This document shows positions 25,592 through 35,690 of a stretch of 64,000 bases of DNA, piece after piece (position 1 is the stretch's first letter; every line of letters starts with the position of its first letter). The translations under genes were made by a program, and so were the position numbers. Source of the stretch: Proteobacteria bacterium SG_bin7 (GTDB lineage Bacteria; Bdellovibrionota; Bdellovibrionia; Bdellovibrionales; SG-bin7); assembly GCA_002083485.1 (NCBI GenBank), contig LWDK01000040.1, forward strand, positions 3,723-67,722. Reading direction: 5' to 3'. The notes beneath the pieces were generated by a model, which did not search any database, was not told the DNA's origin, and saw only the letters and a program-made list of their open reading frames with translations.

Positions 25592-25627
25592 TTGACCTAT
25601 AAAAATTCATAAAATCTGGCCCTGCCC

Positions 25628-27589
25628 TTGCTCTCTAAATATTTTGTGAAAACAAAGGCTTCCGGGATACTCATTGCATTGCTTTTGGCGGGACAGATTG
25701 GCTATTCTCTTGACGGATGTCGAGCGCTTTTACGCTCCTTTGTCACTCGCCCCACTGATCTCTATTTTAAAGAAGTCGCTAAAGGAATTGAAGAGCACTC
25801 GATACGTAAAGAGAAAACTGCGGCTCTGGTTTATCTTGACTACACGCAAAACGAAGAACCATATTTTTTCGTTGCCTTTCCAGCAGGTAACTCCGGCGTC
25901 GGAGCTTGGTTTAAGTCAACTAGCCCGTCAAAGTTAGAGTCCTCGGAACCCGTCCCAATTCGACGAGAGGCCAGTCCAAAAAATGGACTCTATGGCCATG
26001 ATGGCCTTAACGGTGTCGAATTTATTATAAAATCAGCCACAAAAAAACTTTCCCTCGAGGATCATGTATTGGGTTCTATGCGCTTTATACGCGACAGGGA
26101 AATAAATCAAAAAGTCCCTTTAGAAGTCCATCAAAACAAAGTCGAATATGTAAACGGAAAAATTCAAATTTCTCGCCCGAGTTTAAATGAACTTGCCAGT
26201 TATATTTTGGAGATTGAGCCTATCAAAAATACGCAAATCACCCAACGTGGCGAAAGCTACGATTTTACGTCGACATCAGAAGTGACCTTAAAGATTCGTG
26301 CACTAACCGGCGAACCTCCAATTACGCCGGTCTTAGTCAGCGAAGTCTTTAAAGACGAGGCACTTAAAAAAATTAGCCACAAAAAATTGGATGAATTTGC
26401 CTTTCTGGTGTGTAAGGAAAAATTAATGGCCGGTTCTCCTCGCTATTTTTCTAAGTTTGGACGCGATTCTATTTACTCTCTCTATATGCTTATGGACTTA
26501 ATGAAGCCCGAAGCTATTGAAAGTATTCTCACGGCCGTTTTAAGTAGTATGGACTCTGAAAGCGGTCTTATCTCGCACGAGCAAAGCGAAGGAGATTATG
26601 CTTCCTGGGACCGTAAGAGTAAGGGTTTACCTTATAGAGGTATTTCGAAACCCATTGAAGACTACAAGATGATTGATGGTGAGTTCGCCTTCGCAATCGC
26701 TTTTGCGAAATATGCGAAAATATACCCTGAACGCCTAAAAGATTTCGTAGATCGCAAAGAGGCCCGTAATATCGGTCAAAAGAAGCTTCTAAATGATCTT
26801 TTCAATTATATTTTGAAAAAAACAAAGGCGTTTGCCGATAAGCCGGTCTATAAAAACCTTGTGAGTCTGAACCCCGGTGAGCCAGTCGGCAACTGGCGAG
26901 ATAGTGAGAACGGTCTTGGTGGTGGTAAGTATCCTTTTGATGTCAATGCCGCCCTTGTACCAGGTGCATTGAGGGCAATGTCCGAATTGGATTTGTTTTT
27001 TAATGAAGAGCAAAAAACCGAACTTGCTCGTCGTTTTCAAGTTTGGAACTCAAAAGTAATACCTCTTTTCGAAATTCATACCGATGAAATATCTTTCCCT
27101 GGCGTCTCAATTGACGAACGTGGCAAGCCGGTCCCGATTATACATTCAGACGATAGTTTCGTTTTAGCCTTTGGCGAACCATCCGAATCGTATCTTCGAG
27201 ACATTAACAGTCATCTTCGTCATCTTGCGACTCCCGTTGGAGTTCCTGTTGCCGATGCAAGGTATGCAACCTCTAAACTCAAAGAACAGTTTGATAATAA
27301 AAAATATCACGGGTACGTCAGTTGGACTATGGTTGAAAATATGATTTTGTTTGGAATCGAACATCAGGTTTTAAGAAATAATATCAGCTCTGAAACAAAA
27401 ACTGAACTTCGTATGACAAGGGATTTTATAAAACATATCGTTACCTCTAAAGCCGAGAAAGCTGATGGGACGGAGGTTTTTTCGATCGTCTTTCTCGATG
27501 GAAAGTACGAAGTCGTCCCACTCTCTGGCGATGCTAAATCGAACTCCAACCAACTCTGGAGTCATTTGAATTTAGTAGTGAATCATTAA
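25628..27589 (+). CDS. Secreted protein or lipoprotein with (alpha/alpha)6-barrel glycoside-hydrolase-like (GDE_C-like) region
   Basis: 653 aa. ..SKFGRDSIYSLYMLMDL.. and ..GGGKYPFDVNAALVPGALRAM.. resemble amylo-alpha-1,6-glucosidase or debranching-type barrels. The start is uncertain (TTG 25628 or GTG 25646). Confidence 0.4.
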   Translation: MLSKYFVKTKASGILIALLLAGQIGYSLDGCRALLRSFVTRPTDLYFKEVAKGIEEHSIRKEKTAALVYLDYTQNEEPYFFVAFPAGNSGVGAWFKSTSPSKLESSEPVPIRREASPKNGLYGHDGLNGVEFIIKSATKKLSLEDHVLGSMRFIRDREINQKVPLEVHQNKVEYVNGKIQISRPSLNELASYILEIEPIKNTQITQRGESYDFTSTSEVTLKIRALTGEPPITPVLVSEVFKDEALKKISHKKLDEFAFLVCKEKLMAGSPRYFSKFGRDSIYSLYMLMDLMKPEAIESILTAVLSSMDSESGLISHEQSEGDYASWDRKSKGLPYRGISKPIEDYKMIDGEFAFAIAFAKYAKIYPERLKDFVDRKEARNIGQKKLLNDLFNYILKKTKAFADKPVYKNLVSLNPGEPVGNWRDSENGLGGGKYPFDVNAALVPGALRAMSELDLFFNEEQKTELARRFQVWNSKVIPLFEIHTDEISFPGVSIDERGKPVPIIHSDDSFVLAFGEPSESYLRDINSHLRHLATPVGVPVADARYATSKLKEQFDNKKYHGYVSWTMVENMILFGIEHQVLRNNISSETKTELRMTRDFIKHIVTSKAEKADGTEVFSIVFLDGKYEVVPLSGDAKSNSNQLWSHLNLVVNH

Positions 27590-27954
27590 CTTCTAAATAA
27601 TTGTTTAATCGGGCCGCTATATTTCGAAAAGAATGCCAAATATATTTCTAAAGCTCCAATAACGACCGCTAGCGCTAAACCTTCGGGAGCCATAAAGGCA
27701 TGTACTAAAAAAATATTAAGAATGACCGGAGCCAATACGACAAGAGCCAAGGGAACAAACATTCCCAACATCAACAAAAATCCAAATGCGATTTCGGTGC
27801 CCTTTAACAGGTAGAAAAAATATCCCGTTGCAGCCATACCCTTAAAAAAGTCAGCCATCGCACCTTCCAAAGGAGGTGGCGTTGTGAAGAAAAAAGCAAC
27901 TCCAGATCCTAAGAAAACAAACCCTAGAAGAAGGCGAGCTATCGTTGACATCAT
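27586..27954 (-). CDS. DoxX-like small membrane protein
   Basis: 122 aa with four hydrophobic helices. Composition fits the DoxX family. It overlaps the convergent upstream gene by 4 nt. Confidence 0.45.
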   Translation of the reverse strand: MMSTIARLLLGFVFLGSGVAFFFTTPPPLEGAMADFFKGMAATGYFFYLLKGTEIAFGFLLMLGMFVPLALVVLAPVILNIFLVHAFMAPEGLALAVVIGALEIYLAFFSKYSGPIKQLFRS

Positions 27955-28069
27955 AAAAATCCCCCTTTGGTTAGAATAGCTTTATTTCGTTACAAATAGG
28001 TAGTTTAACTAATTTGACTGCAAGACTTTAGACCGGTTATTTAGGATCTCGCTTTAAATAGGCCGCCCC

Positions 28070-29095
28070 CTAAAACAAAGCCGCACAACTGGAGCGTGTC
28101 GAGACTGGTACAACCCCAAAAAAACCCTGTAGCTTTTCCCAACCAAAATGATAGACATTCAGAGCAACGGCACCGGTCCAAATAACGATCGAACCAAAAA
28201 CTCCACCCGTCTTAGCATCCATCATGGCAATATTATCAATAAAAGCCGCACCGATTGAAGCAAAGTTCGCCCGCAACTTATATTTTCCGACAAGCTCAGG
28301 ATTTTTAGCAATCATTGCATCGCGCTTTTTTGCAATAATTATGTCGTAGGTCGTCGTCATTGTGTAAGCAATACTCGTAAGAATAAATGCAAGACTTTTG
28401 CTTGCCGGTTCACCGTCTCCACCACCAACGCCTGTTAGGCCCATAAACGCGACTTCCATCAAATACATCTTCGTCAACTGCTCGACAGCGCCAGCATCTT
28501 TTAATTCCGCAGGACGAACTCCGGTTTCTAAATATTGTTTCGCTAGTTCTCTGGCCTGCAAAAATTGTTTTGGGGTCCTACTCTTATAATTAAACATCGT
28601 AATCACGTCGTTATAAAAATAACGGTAGGCAAAGGAAAACGCCATAACGAGCGGGATTGCAGCGAGTTTGTTTAAAGAAAACTGCCCTTCCGCAAAAATC
28701 TGTCCTACAACTATAGATAGCCCCGTTGCTAAAACACTAATTGTGGTAACGTAAGCTTTTTGATGGGAGGTGAAACTCTTTACCCAACGAGCTTTCGTAA
28801 AAAAGCCCAAAGTCTCATTATCTTTTTTAAGCGGAGCAAACTGTCCTCCACCAATCTCGACACTTGAGTTTTTAAGCACCTCTGGGGTTACGTAAATGAG
28901 ACCACTTTCGGTGACCTTTTGATCTCCCGCTTCGACAACCTTTGTCTCGGTACGTATTGTTTCAGCGCCGTTCGGTGTAGCAAAATTGAAGTCTACCTTT
29001 TCGGTTTCGGCCGACTGCGAAACCGCCGTTGCTAGTAAAAATAACATGGTGATAGCAGTTTTTGTCAGTGTCCGAATAATTAAATCGAATTGCAT
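28070..29095 (-). CDS. Hypothetical membrane protein with signal peptide
   Basis: 341 aa with an N-terminal signal and several TM segments. No family recognised. Confidence 0.45.
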   Translation of the reverse strand: MQFDLIIRTLTKTAITMLFLLATAVSQSAETEKVDFNFATPNGAETIRTETKVVEAGDQKVTESGLIYVTPEVLKNSSVEIGGGQFAPLKKDNETLGFFTKARWVKSFTSHQKAYVTTISVLATGLSIVVGQIFAEGQFSLNKLAAIPLVMAFSFAYRYFYNDVITMFNYKSRTPKQFLQARELAKQYLETGVRPAELKDAGAVEQLTKMYLMEVAFMGLTGVGGGDGEPASKSLAFILTSIAYTMTTTYDIIIAKKRDAMIAKNPELVGKYKLRANFASIGAAFIDNIAMMDAKTGGVFGSIVIWTGAVALNVYHFGWEKLQGFFGVVPVSTRSSCAALF

Positions 29096-29155
29096 TGTTC
29101 CCCCCCCGGGAAGAGTTCTCCCAAACTCTGGTACTCCCAGTTCACAGCAATCAAA

Positions 29156-29893
29156 ATGCCAAATTTATTTAGAATTGAATTTGACGAATTTCTTCCTTCG
29201 GGCGAGTATTCCCGCGGAAGGTTCGACATGGAAGGACGATTAGAAAATCTTTTAAATTTTGTACACGAGCAAACCACGGGAAGCAAAGACCCCTCGCATG
29301 ATTTCTTGCACATTTCTCGTGTTTACAAATGGGCTTTAAGAATTGGTCAGAAAGAAGGGGTAAACCTCCGCATACTCCTACCTGCCGCCTTACTACACGA
29401 TCTCGTGAACTTAAGTAAAGATCATCCCCACCGCGCTAAAGCTAGCTCTATGTCGGCTGTAGCAGCTGATCGAGTTTTACTTAATCACAATTATTTAAGT
29501 GAGGAACGAAAAAAAATCTGTGATGTGATCATCGAACATAGTTTTTCTTTAGGCAAAAAACCCTCTTCACTCGAATCCGCAATTCTTCAAGATGCTGACC
29601 GCCTCGACGCCTTAGGAGCAGTTGGAATTATGAGAATGGTAACCTGTGGATGCCTTATGCGTCGGGTATATTATCATGCCGAAGACCCTTTTGCAAAAGA
29701 GAGGGTACTCGATGATCAGACCTTTACGATCGATCATGTTTACAAAAAGCTTTTTAAGCTTCCAGCCCTTATGAACACCGAAATGGCTTTGTGTGAGGCT
29801 AAAGAACGAATGAAATTTATGGAGTTATTTATAGCCCAGCTCAATCACGAAATAACTACACTTCCGCGTGAAGACGATACCCTTTGGACTTGA
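29156..29893 (+). CDS. HD-domain phosphohydrolase
   Basis: Contains HDFLHISRV, LLHDLVN and DADRLDALGAVGI. Start set to ATG 29156 (MPNLFRIEF); ATG 29228 is also possible. Confidence 0.7.
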   Translation: MPNLFRIEFDEFLPSGEYSRGRFDMEGRLENLLNFVHEQTTGSKDPSHDFLHISRVYKWALRIGQKEGVNLRILLPAALLHDLVNLSKDHPHRAKASSMSAVAADRVLLNHNYLSEERKKICDVIIEHSFSLGKKPSSLESAILQDADRLDALGAVGIMRMVTCGCLMRRVYYHAEDPFAKERVLDDQTFTIDHVYKKLFKLPALMNTEMALCEAKERMKFMELFIAQLNHEITTLPREDDTLWT

Positions 29894-31283
29894 AGTTCTG
29901 GGGCAAAAAAACTCGAAACTCTGTCATATCGTTTTTTCTTGCATAAGTTATTTTACCACGATGATTGTCCACAAGGTCTTTTGAAATACTTAATCCCAAA
30001 CCCGTACCTTCACCAAATGGCTTTGTCGTAAAAAATGGTTCCATGATTCGGCTCTCATTTTCAGAAGAAACCCCGCTGCCATTGTCGAGGACAAAAAACT
30101 CAACTCCACCGGGAACAATGTCGGCACCCAAAATAATTTCTTTAGACTTCACTCTGGCAACGGCATCAATGGCATTGTTGATTAGATTCATGAGGACTTG
30201 AGAAATTTGGGTCGGCCGTAAATAAACAGTTTTTTCTCCTGCCCTATTTACTTTTTCAAAGTGAATTTCCTGAGAAACAAAGCGGGGTTCGAACACTTCA
30301 ATGATATCCACTAAAAATTTTTCTACCGCGACGTTAGTTATGCTTTCTGACGTCCCGTCACGTGAAAGGGAGCGCAGGCCATTCGTAATTTTTCCTAGAC
30401 GCTTCGTAGTCTTCACCAGACTATCACCCAAGCTTTTTAAACCACCATCTGCAGTCTCCTCAGCGATATCTAAAACCTGCTGGGCGCGTAAAGAAATAAT
30501 CTGCAGTGGATTATTTACTTCGTGGGCAATATTAGCGGCAAGCTCTCCCACAGCCGCAAGTTTTGCATTCATCAGACGAAGTTGTCGTTCCTCATCAAGT
30601 TCCTTTGTTCTCTCTTCGACGCGCTTATCAAGCTCTTGATTTAAACCTTCAATCCGCCTCTTCCACACATCAAAAATAGAAAGAAACCAAGCCCACACGG
30701 CAACAAGCGCCAGCATGACAAAAGTCACTACCAATGTCCTCCAATTCCCCTTTTTTGAACTCTCGTCAATCGTAGTCTTAATTTCAGACTCTATAAAGGT
30801 CGCCAACCCATTTGCACCAACAGAATATTCAGATTTAAATATTCGGTACTGCTCACTCTGCAAAATTTTATAAGCTTCGACTTGGCGTCCCTTTTTTGCA
30901 AGAGCTATTGCTCTTTCCTCAAATTCCACCATTTTTCTATTAGACTCGGCAATGCTGATTGCGCTACGCCGGATCAACGAAATTTCACTTTTACGCAAGT
31001 TATTCAGTACGTCGTCAAGCTGTCGGGCTCCATCCCGAAATTTTTTATCATAGTAGGAGTCTCGCGTCAGAACAAAGCGAACGGCACGATCAGTAAGAGC
31101 AGCATCGAGAAATAAAATATCCCCTTTGACGTCCGCTAACCCTGTCAAAAAACTTAAAGTCTGTTGATTAGATTTTTCAACCCTACTAATTGCGATATTC
31201 ATGCATAATAACACCATCAGTGTTGCAAATAACACTAAGGTAAACGCGACGCTCGGATATCGGTTTTCGGCAAGTTTTCCCAC
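29856..31283 (-). CDS. Sensor histidine kinase
   Basis: 475 aa with two TM segments flanking a periplasmic-size region. H-box NIAHEVNNPLQ, N box LMNLINNAIDA, G boxes DNGSGV and GTGLGLSIS. Its 3' end overlaps the HD gene by 38 nt (convergent). Confidence 0.85.
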   Translation of the reverse strand: MGKLAENRYPSVAFTLVLFATLMVLLCMNIAISRVEKSNQQTLSFLTGLADVKGDILFLDAALTDRAVRFVLTRDSYYDKKFRDGARQLDDVLNNLRKSEISLIRRSAISIAESNRKMVEFEERAIALAKKGRQVEAYKILQSEQYRIFKSEYSVGANGLATFIESEIKTTIDESSKKGNWRTLVVTFVMLALVAVWAWFLSIFDVWKRRIEGLNQELDKRVEERTKELDEERQLRLMNAKLAAVGELAANIAHEVNNPLQIISLRAQQVLDIAEETADGGLKSLGDSLVKTTKRLGKITNGLRSLSRDGTSESITNVAVEKFLVDIIEVFEPRFVSQEIHFEKVNRAGEKTVYLRPTQISQVLMNLINNAIDAVARVKSKEIILGADIVPGGVEFFVLDNGSGVSSENESRIMEPFFTTKPFGEGTGLGLSISKDLVDNHRGKITYARKNDMTEFRVFLPQNFKSKGYRLHAEV

Positions 31284-31321
31284 GAGCTACTTATGACAAA
31301 AAGGACGCATTTTAGCAATGG

Positions 31322-32800
31322 CTACTGAGTTGCATATAACCACTTTACAAGGTCGACCATTACTTGGGTGTCTTTCCGACAATAGGCGAGTAAATTCTCT
31401 CGAGTGCATCTCCCTAGGTTAGAGTACTTTCCAGTAATTAAATTCCGCAAAGTTACTTGAGCCATTTCGCCGTCAGCAATTTCCATCCCCTCATAGCTCG
31501 CCTGATCTCCTAATAGAGCAGGGGCTACGGTCTTAATGCTGAAGGTGCCCTTAAACTTCGGATCGTAAACATGGTTTTGGAAAATTGGCAACGGATCAAC
31601 AAATCTACTTATAAAGTCTTCCAGTTTATCTTTTAGGTCGGGAAAACGTTTCCCTATGGAATTTAAACACTCCATCTCAAACTTCCTATTATATGCGACT
31701 AAACTTCCCACTGGGCCAATCTGGGTTAGCAGCTTTTCTGCCAATTGTCGTCCTGGGTCTGAGTCATTGGTGTGTAAAAATTCAAAATGCTCAAGCGTAC
31801 TCGACTCTGGAGCGCGCCATACGTGCAGACTATATTGAAAGGGCAGTTGTTGGTACGGCCGTGTTCCGTGATAGCGAGGAATTGCATACATAGCAGTTTC
31901 GAAATCTAAAAAATAAAGTGGGAATTCAAATTCACTCAGGGCACTTCTAATCCCTTCTCTATCAATAAAACGCGTATTGCTTCTGGTACACTCGATCATT
32001 CGTTTAACGTTTCCCGAAAAATCTTCTGGGTTTACCTCATCTATAGAAATAATCCCCTCATTGTAATATTCCCACTTTTTGCCTCCGATCTTATAAATGT
32101 TAAAAACACTCATAGCCGGAATTTTTTGCCAACAGTGACCCTTAAAAACACATTTGTAAGGCGAATCACAATGTGGGCCTATGTCATTTACTGGCTCAGT
32201 AGTCACTTTGGCCATTTTCCATAACTCGTTCAACCTACCTTTCATGGAGTTTACATTTTCAAGAACTTGTTCCGTCACGTCACGAATCACAAAAAGCTCT
32301 TCAAGATTTGGAAATACACAATCCCGATTAATATGCACAACATAAAGCCTTTCGATCGCGACCCCCGCCTTTCCAGAAATCAGATATTGAATTGTCATAT
32401 CGTCGATATGATCCCGCCTTACATCCGTGGATTTTTTCACTTCCATGATGTCCCATTTACCACTCGAAGTATTTCTTTTTAAAATATCGGTTCGTGCGAA
32501 TAAATTGCCAGTTTGTACTGATGCTTCAAAAATTAAGTCTTCTCCGCGCTCAATCGCAGCCTTCGTTTCTCTGACGTATCCATGAAAATCCCATGGCTTT
32601 AAATCTATTAAGTAACCTTTCCCACGACCCAATTGCTGACGAGCAAGAACGCCCACCTCGTGACCTTCGTCGAACTGCGCTTGCAACGCAGGTCCTGGCT
32701 TGGGCTCCAAGTGTTTTTGATGGAGTGTAAAATAAAGGCTTTTTGTACACTGCAACCCGCGCTTGAGGCGGCTTTTACTAAGTATAATTGATTCGGCCAT
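31322..32800 (-). CDS. DUF2779-type protein: Cas4/RecB-like PD-(D/E)XK nuclease fused to DEDDy-like exonuclease
   Basis: 492 aa. The N-terminal LSKSRLKRGLQC is typical of DUF2779. D..EVK motif (RTDIL...IMEVKK). Cys cluster C18 plus HCDSPYKCVFKGHC. C-terminal YFLDFET, AYNRKFE and AYCRKD resemble DnaQ-like exonuclease motifs. Confidence 0.6.
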   Translation of the reverse strand: MAESIILSKSRLKRGLQCTKSLYFTLHQKHLEPKPGPALQAQFDEGHEVGVLARQQLGRGKGYLIDLKPWDFHGYVRETKAAIERGEDLIFEASVQTGNLFARTDILKRNTSSGKWDIMEVKKSTDVRRDHIDDMTIQYLISGKAGVAIERLYVVHINRDCVFPNLEELFVIRDVTEQVLENVNSMKGRLNELWKMAKVTTEPVNDIGPHCDSPYKCVFKGHCWQKIPAMSVFNIYKIGGKKWEYYNEGIISIDEVNPEDFSGNVKRMIECTRSNTRFIDREGIRSALSEFEFPLYFLDFETAMYAIPRYHGTRPYQQLPFQYSLHVWRAPESSTLEHFEFLHTNDSDPGRQLAEKLLTQIGPVGSLVAYNRKFEMECLNSIGKRFPDLKDKLEDFISRFVDPLPIFQNHVYDPKFKGTFSIKTVAPALLGDQASYEGMEIADGEMAQVTLRNLITGKYSNLGRCTRENLLAYCRKDTQVMVDLVKWLYATQ

Positions 32801-32815
32801 GTTTCTATCTTATAA

Positions 32816-33529
32816 ATGTTATATATGATGGATAACAATGCTTTTTTTAACCTTGTCCTTGGATTCCTCTGCATCGGATTTCTAAACTTATTAGGTTGTG
32901 CCGACGCTGAAATTAAAGACACAGAGCCTCCAAAACAACGACCGGAAGAGATAAATAAAGACTCGACTGAGGACCACGTCGAACGTGTCATTAGAAAATT
33001 AAAGCCTCACTTAACTTTCATTGAGAGCGCAGCTTTAAACGAAACTCTTTTGCAGTACCGAAAAATCTACTCCAACTTTTTAAATCGCAACTCTGATCAA
33101 TCACTCAATGAACGTTTGTCGACTTTAGATGAAATGGTTGACGAGTCTATTCAAACGTTATCTTCTAAAGATGCCCAGGGAAAAAAGTGTGTCATCGACC
33201 GGGACTTTTTATCGGCCGAAATGATGCCTTTAGTTGGCGAAATAGAAAGTATGTACAAACGCCATCTCAACAAAGTCCATTTGCCCGCTAACGAGATCTC
33301 TGGTCTAAAGTTAAAGGTAAAGAATCTTAACGAACTTGGTTCACGGATTCAAAGACTTTGCAAACCCTATAGGGATACACTTCGGCTCCTAAATGATGAG
33401 GCTCGCTTAGATGCTGCCTATATATTAAATGGCGGCTCTGCGCCGGGCAAGGCAGTTCCAGATCAGGACTCAGAAGTTGATGATTTACTTAACGACGGCA
33501 ACTCACTGGATAAGTCGTCCGGCCGCTAG
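32816..33529 (+). CDS. Lipoprotein, unknown function
   Basis: 237 aa with lipobox ..FLNLLGCADAE. The remainder is helical and charged. Confidence 0.5.
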   Translation: MLYMMDNNAFFNLVLGFLCIGFLNLLGCADAEIKDTEPPKQRPEEINKDSTEDHVERVIRKLKPHLTFIESAALNETLLQYRKIYSNFLNRNSDQSLNERLSTLDEMVDESIQTLSSKDAQGKKCVIDRDFLSAEMMPLVGEIESMYKRHLNKVHLPANEISGLKLKVKNLNELGSRIQRLCKPYRDTLRLLNDEARLDAAYILNGGSAPGKAVPDQDSEVDDLLNDGNSLDKSSGR

Positions 33530-33537
33530 CTCCTAGA

Positions 33538-34581
33538 CTACAATACTCCACGCTTTTCTTGGTCGCGCTCGATCGCCCTAAAGAGTGCGCCAAAATTTCC
33601 CTCGCCAAATGAGTAGTGATTTTTACGTTGAATAATCTCTACGAAAATAGGGCCAACTATATTCTTAGTAAAAATCTGCAGCAAATACCCCTCCTCGTCG
33701 CCGTCTACTAATACATTTCGTTTTTGAATTTCACCGTGGTCCTCGGTGACATTGGGTACCCTGTTAAAAACCTCTTGATAGTACTGATCGTCGATATCAA
33801 GAGTTTCGATTGAACTTCCTTCGAGGTTTTTTAGTGAATCTAAAATATCTTCTGTCAAGAATGCTATATGTTGAACCCCAGGGCCTTTGTACTCACGCAA
33901 GTATTCATTAATCTGCGACTTTGTTTCTGTCCCTTCGTTGATTGGAATACAAAATTTCCCACATGGAGATTTTAACGCAAACGAAGTTAATCCCGTTTTT
34001 ACCCCACGAATATCAAAATACCTTACCTCCGTAAATCCAAAAACATTCTTATAAAAATCCGAAAGTCCCTTCATCTCACCTTTTTCTACGTTGTTAGTTA
34101 GATGATCGATCAAAAGAAATCCCTTAGACTTTACGTGGATTGGATTTTTCTCGGCAGCAAATCCTAAATTTTCGTAGAGTCTTTTGTTGTCACTATAATT
34201 TTCAATCAAATAAATAACTGAATTTCCAATTCCCCAAATCGCTGGGACCGGTTTGCCATCAACGTCAAGATAATCACCTGTTTTACATTCCTTGGCCCCA
34301 CGCTCGACAGCGGTCTTCAGCGCGGATTTAGCATCTTTCACTCTCCAACCCATGGCACAAACAGATGGACCATGCGCTTTATAAAACTTTTCAGCCATTG
34401 TGGTTGGCTCATTATTTAAAAGGAAATGAATATCATTTTGCCAAAAATAAGAAATATCCTTGGTTTTATGCTTTTTAGTTTTCGAAAACCCAAATTCCAA
34501 AAAAAGTTTTTCTAAAGCTTCTGGTTTTGGCGAAGCAAATTCAACAAATTCGATTCCGTCTAAGTCAAGGTAATTGCTCAT
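33538..34581 (-). CDS. hppD: 4-hydroxyphenylpyruvate dioxygenase
   Basis: 347 aa. Contains GIEFVEFASP, GPGVQHIAF, LLQIFT and EIIQRKN..GFGEGNF.ALF. Confidence 0.85.
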   Translation of the reverse strand: MSNYLDLDGIEFVEFASPKPEALEKLFLEFGFSKTKKHKTKDISYFWQNDIHFLLNNEPTTMAEKFYKAHGPSVCAMGWRVKDAKSALKTAVERGAKECKTGDYLDVDGKPVPAIWGIGNSVIYLIENYSDNKRLYENLGFAAEKNPIHVKSKGFLLIDHLTNNVEKGEMKGLSDFYKNVFGFTEVRYFDIRGVKTGLTSFALKSPCGKFCIPINEGTETKSQINEYLREYKGPGVQHIAFLTEDILDSLKNLEGSSIETLDIDDQYYQEVFNRVPNVTEDHGEIQKRNVLVDGDEEGYLLQIFTKNIVGPIFVEIIQRKNHYSFGEGNFGALFRAIERDQEKRGVL

Positions 34582-34597
34582 AACTTAAGTTTTAGTA

Positions 34598-35470
34598 CTA
34601 TTTCTGATTAGCCGCAATAGGTTCTTTCACAAAGTACGCATAGTCAGCGACATTACCGTACTTGACGTGAACGAGCTGTTCCATGAGCTCCTCTTCTTTG
34701 AATTTAGATGCATCCAAGATGCGTATAACGATCTTACTTTGATTGGGGATCCTTACGTTGGCACGACTCACGAAACCATCAAAATAATCAGTGTGAAAAT
34801 GCCCCGCAATAACAAACACCTTATCTGCAGAAATTCTTGATAATTCGTTGGCCATAACGTCATCTGTAAGGCACTGAGCATCGAAATAGTTCGAAATTTT
34901 ATCAGGGGTAGTATGACCATCCATTGATTCTTGAAAGCGTTTATAGTAATCGGCACCGCCAATCTCATAACCACTGGGGACTATCTTTGGATCGGCAGCT
35001 TTAATTCCGCCTTTAGTAACTGGAGCTTTTTCTTCTCGGGTAAGATTAATTCCAATTAGCTCTCCACCATTTTCGGCTACTGTTTTTAATATCGGAATAT
35101 AAGTATTGTTTGCGGGATTATATAACGTAGCTTTAATAAACTCTTCACCGGTTAATTTTCCACTCACAAAAGAATCCCAAAGCCGGTCGACGAGCGGTTG
35201 CTGGCTGTAAGCCAAAAACTCCCAAGCAAAAACAAAATTTTCTTTTTTAAAGTTTATGACGTCATTAATTGTTCTTGCCTCGGCATCTTGAACTTCTGTC
35301 GTCATATGATTCTCGCCAATAATGACGTACCGATGATCGCTTACATCGCGTACAAAATCATTATAACTAACCTCAGCTCTGTCAGAAACTCGGAAAATTT
35401 TTCCGTTCCATGAATTGGCTAGAGTTGAGCTCGAAATTAGAAAAATAAGTAATCCAATTAAATTTCTCAT
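34598..35470 (-). CDS. ChaN-family (haem-binding/Tiki-like) lipoprotein
   Basis: ..YVIIGENHMTTEVQDAEAR.. is typical of ChaN/Cofac_haem_bdg. Start set to ATG 35470 because AAGGAG lies 8 nt upstream. Confidence 0.6.
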   Translation of the reverse strand: MRNLIGLLIFLISSSTLANSWNGKIFRVSDRAEVSYNDFVRDVSDHRYVIIGENHMTTEVQDAEARTINDVINFKKENFVFAWEFLAYSQQPLVDRLWDSFVSGKLTGEEFIKATLYNPANNTYIPILKTVAENGGELIGINLTREEKAPVTKGGIKAADPKIVPSGYEIGGADYYKRFQESMDGHTTPDKISNYFDAQCLTDDVMANELSRISADKVFVIAGHFHTDYFDGFVSRANVRIPNQSKIVIRILDASKFKEEELMEQLVHVKYGNVADYAYFVKEPIAANQK

Positions 35471-35690
35471 TTTATTTTCTCCTTCTAATGTCATGAAGCC
35501 TTAGCAGAACCCACATTTTTATTTTTATCAAGGGTGATAGAAGCAAAATCAAATTTTTTCTTTTTTGCCAACCTAGTAACTTTAGTTAGTTACGCGTCAG
35601 CTTCAAATATATTAAAACGTTATCTAAAATACCTAGACTAAAGCATTAGGCCTTCCGACATATCCACTTTGTCTCCAGAGCTTCCGATAA

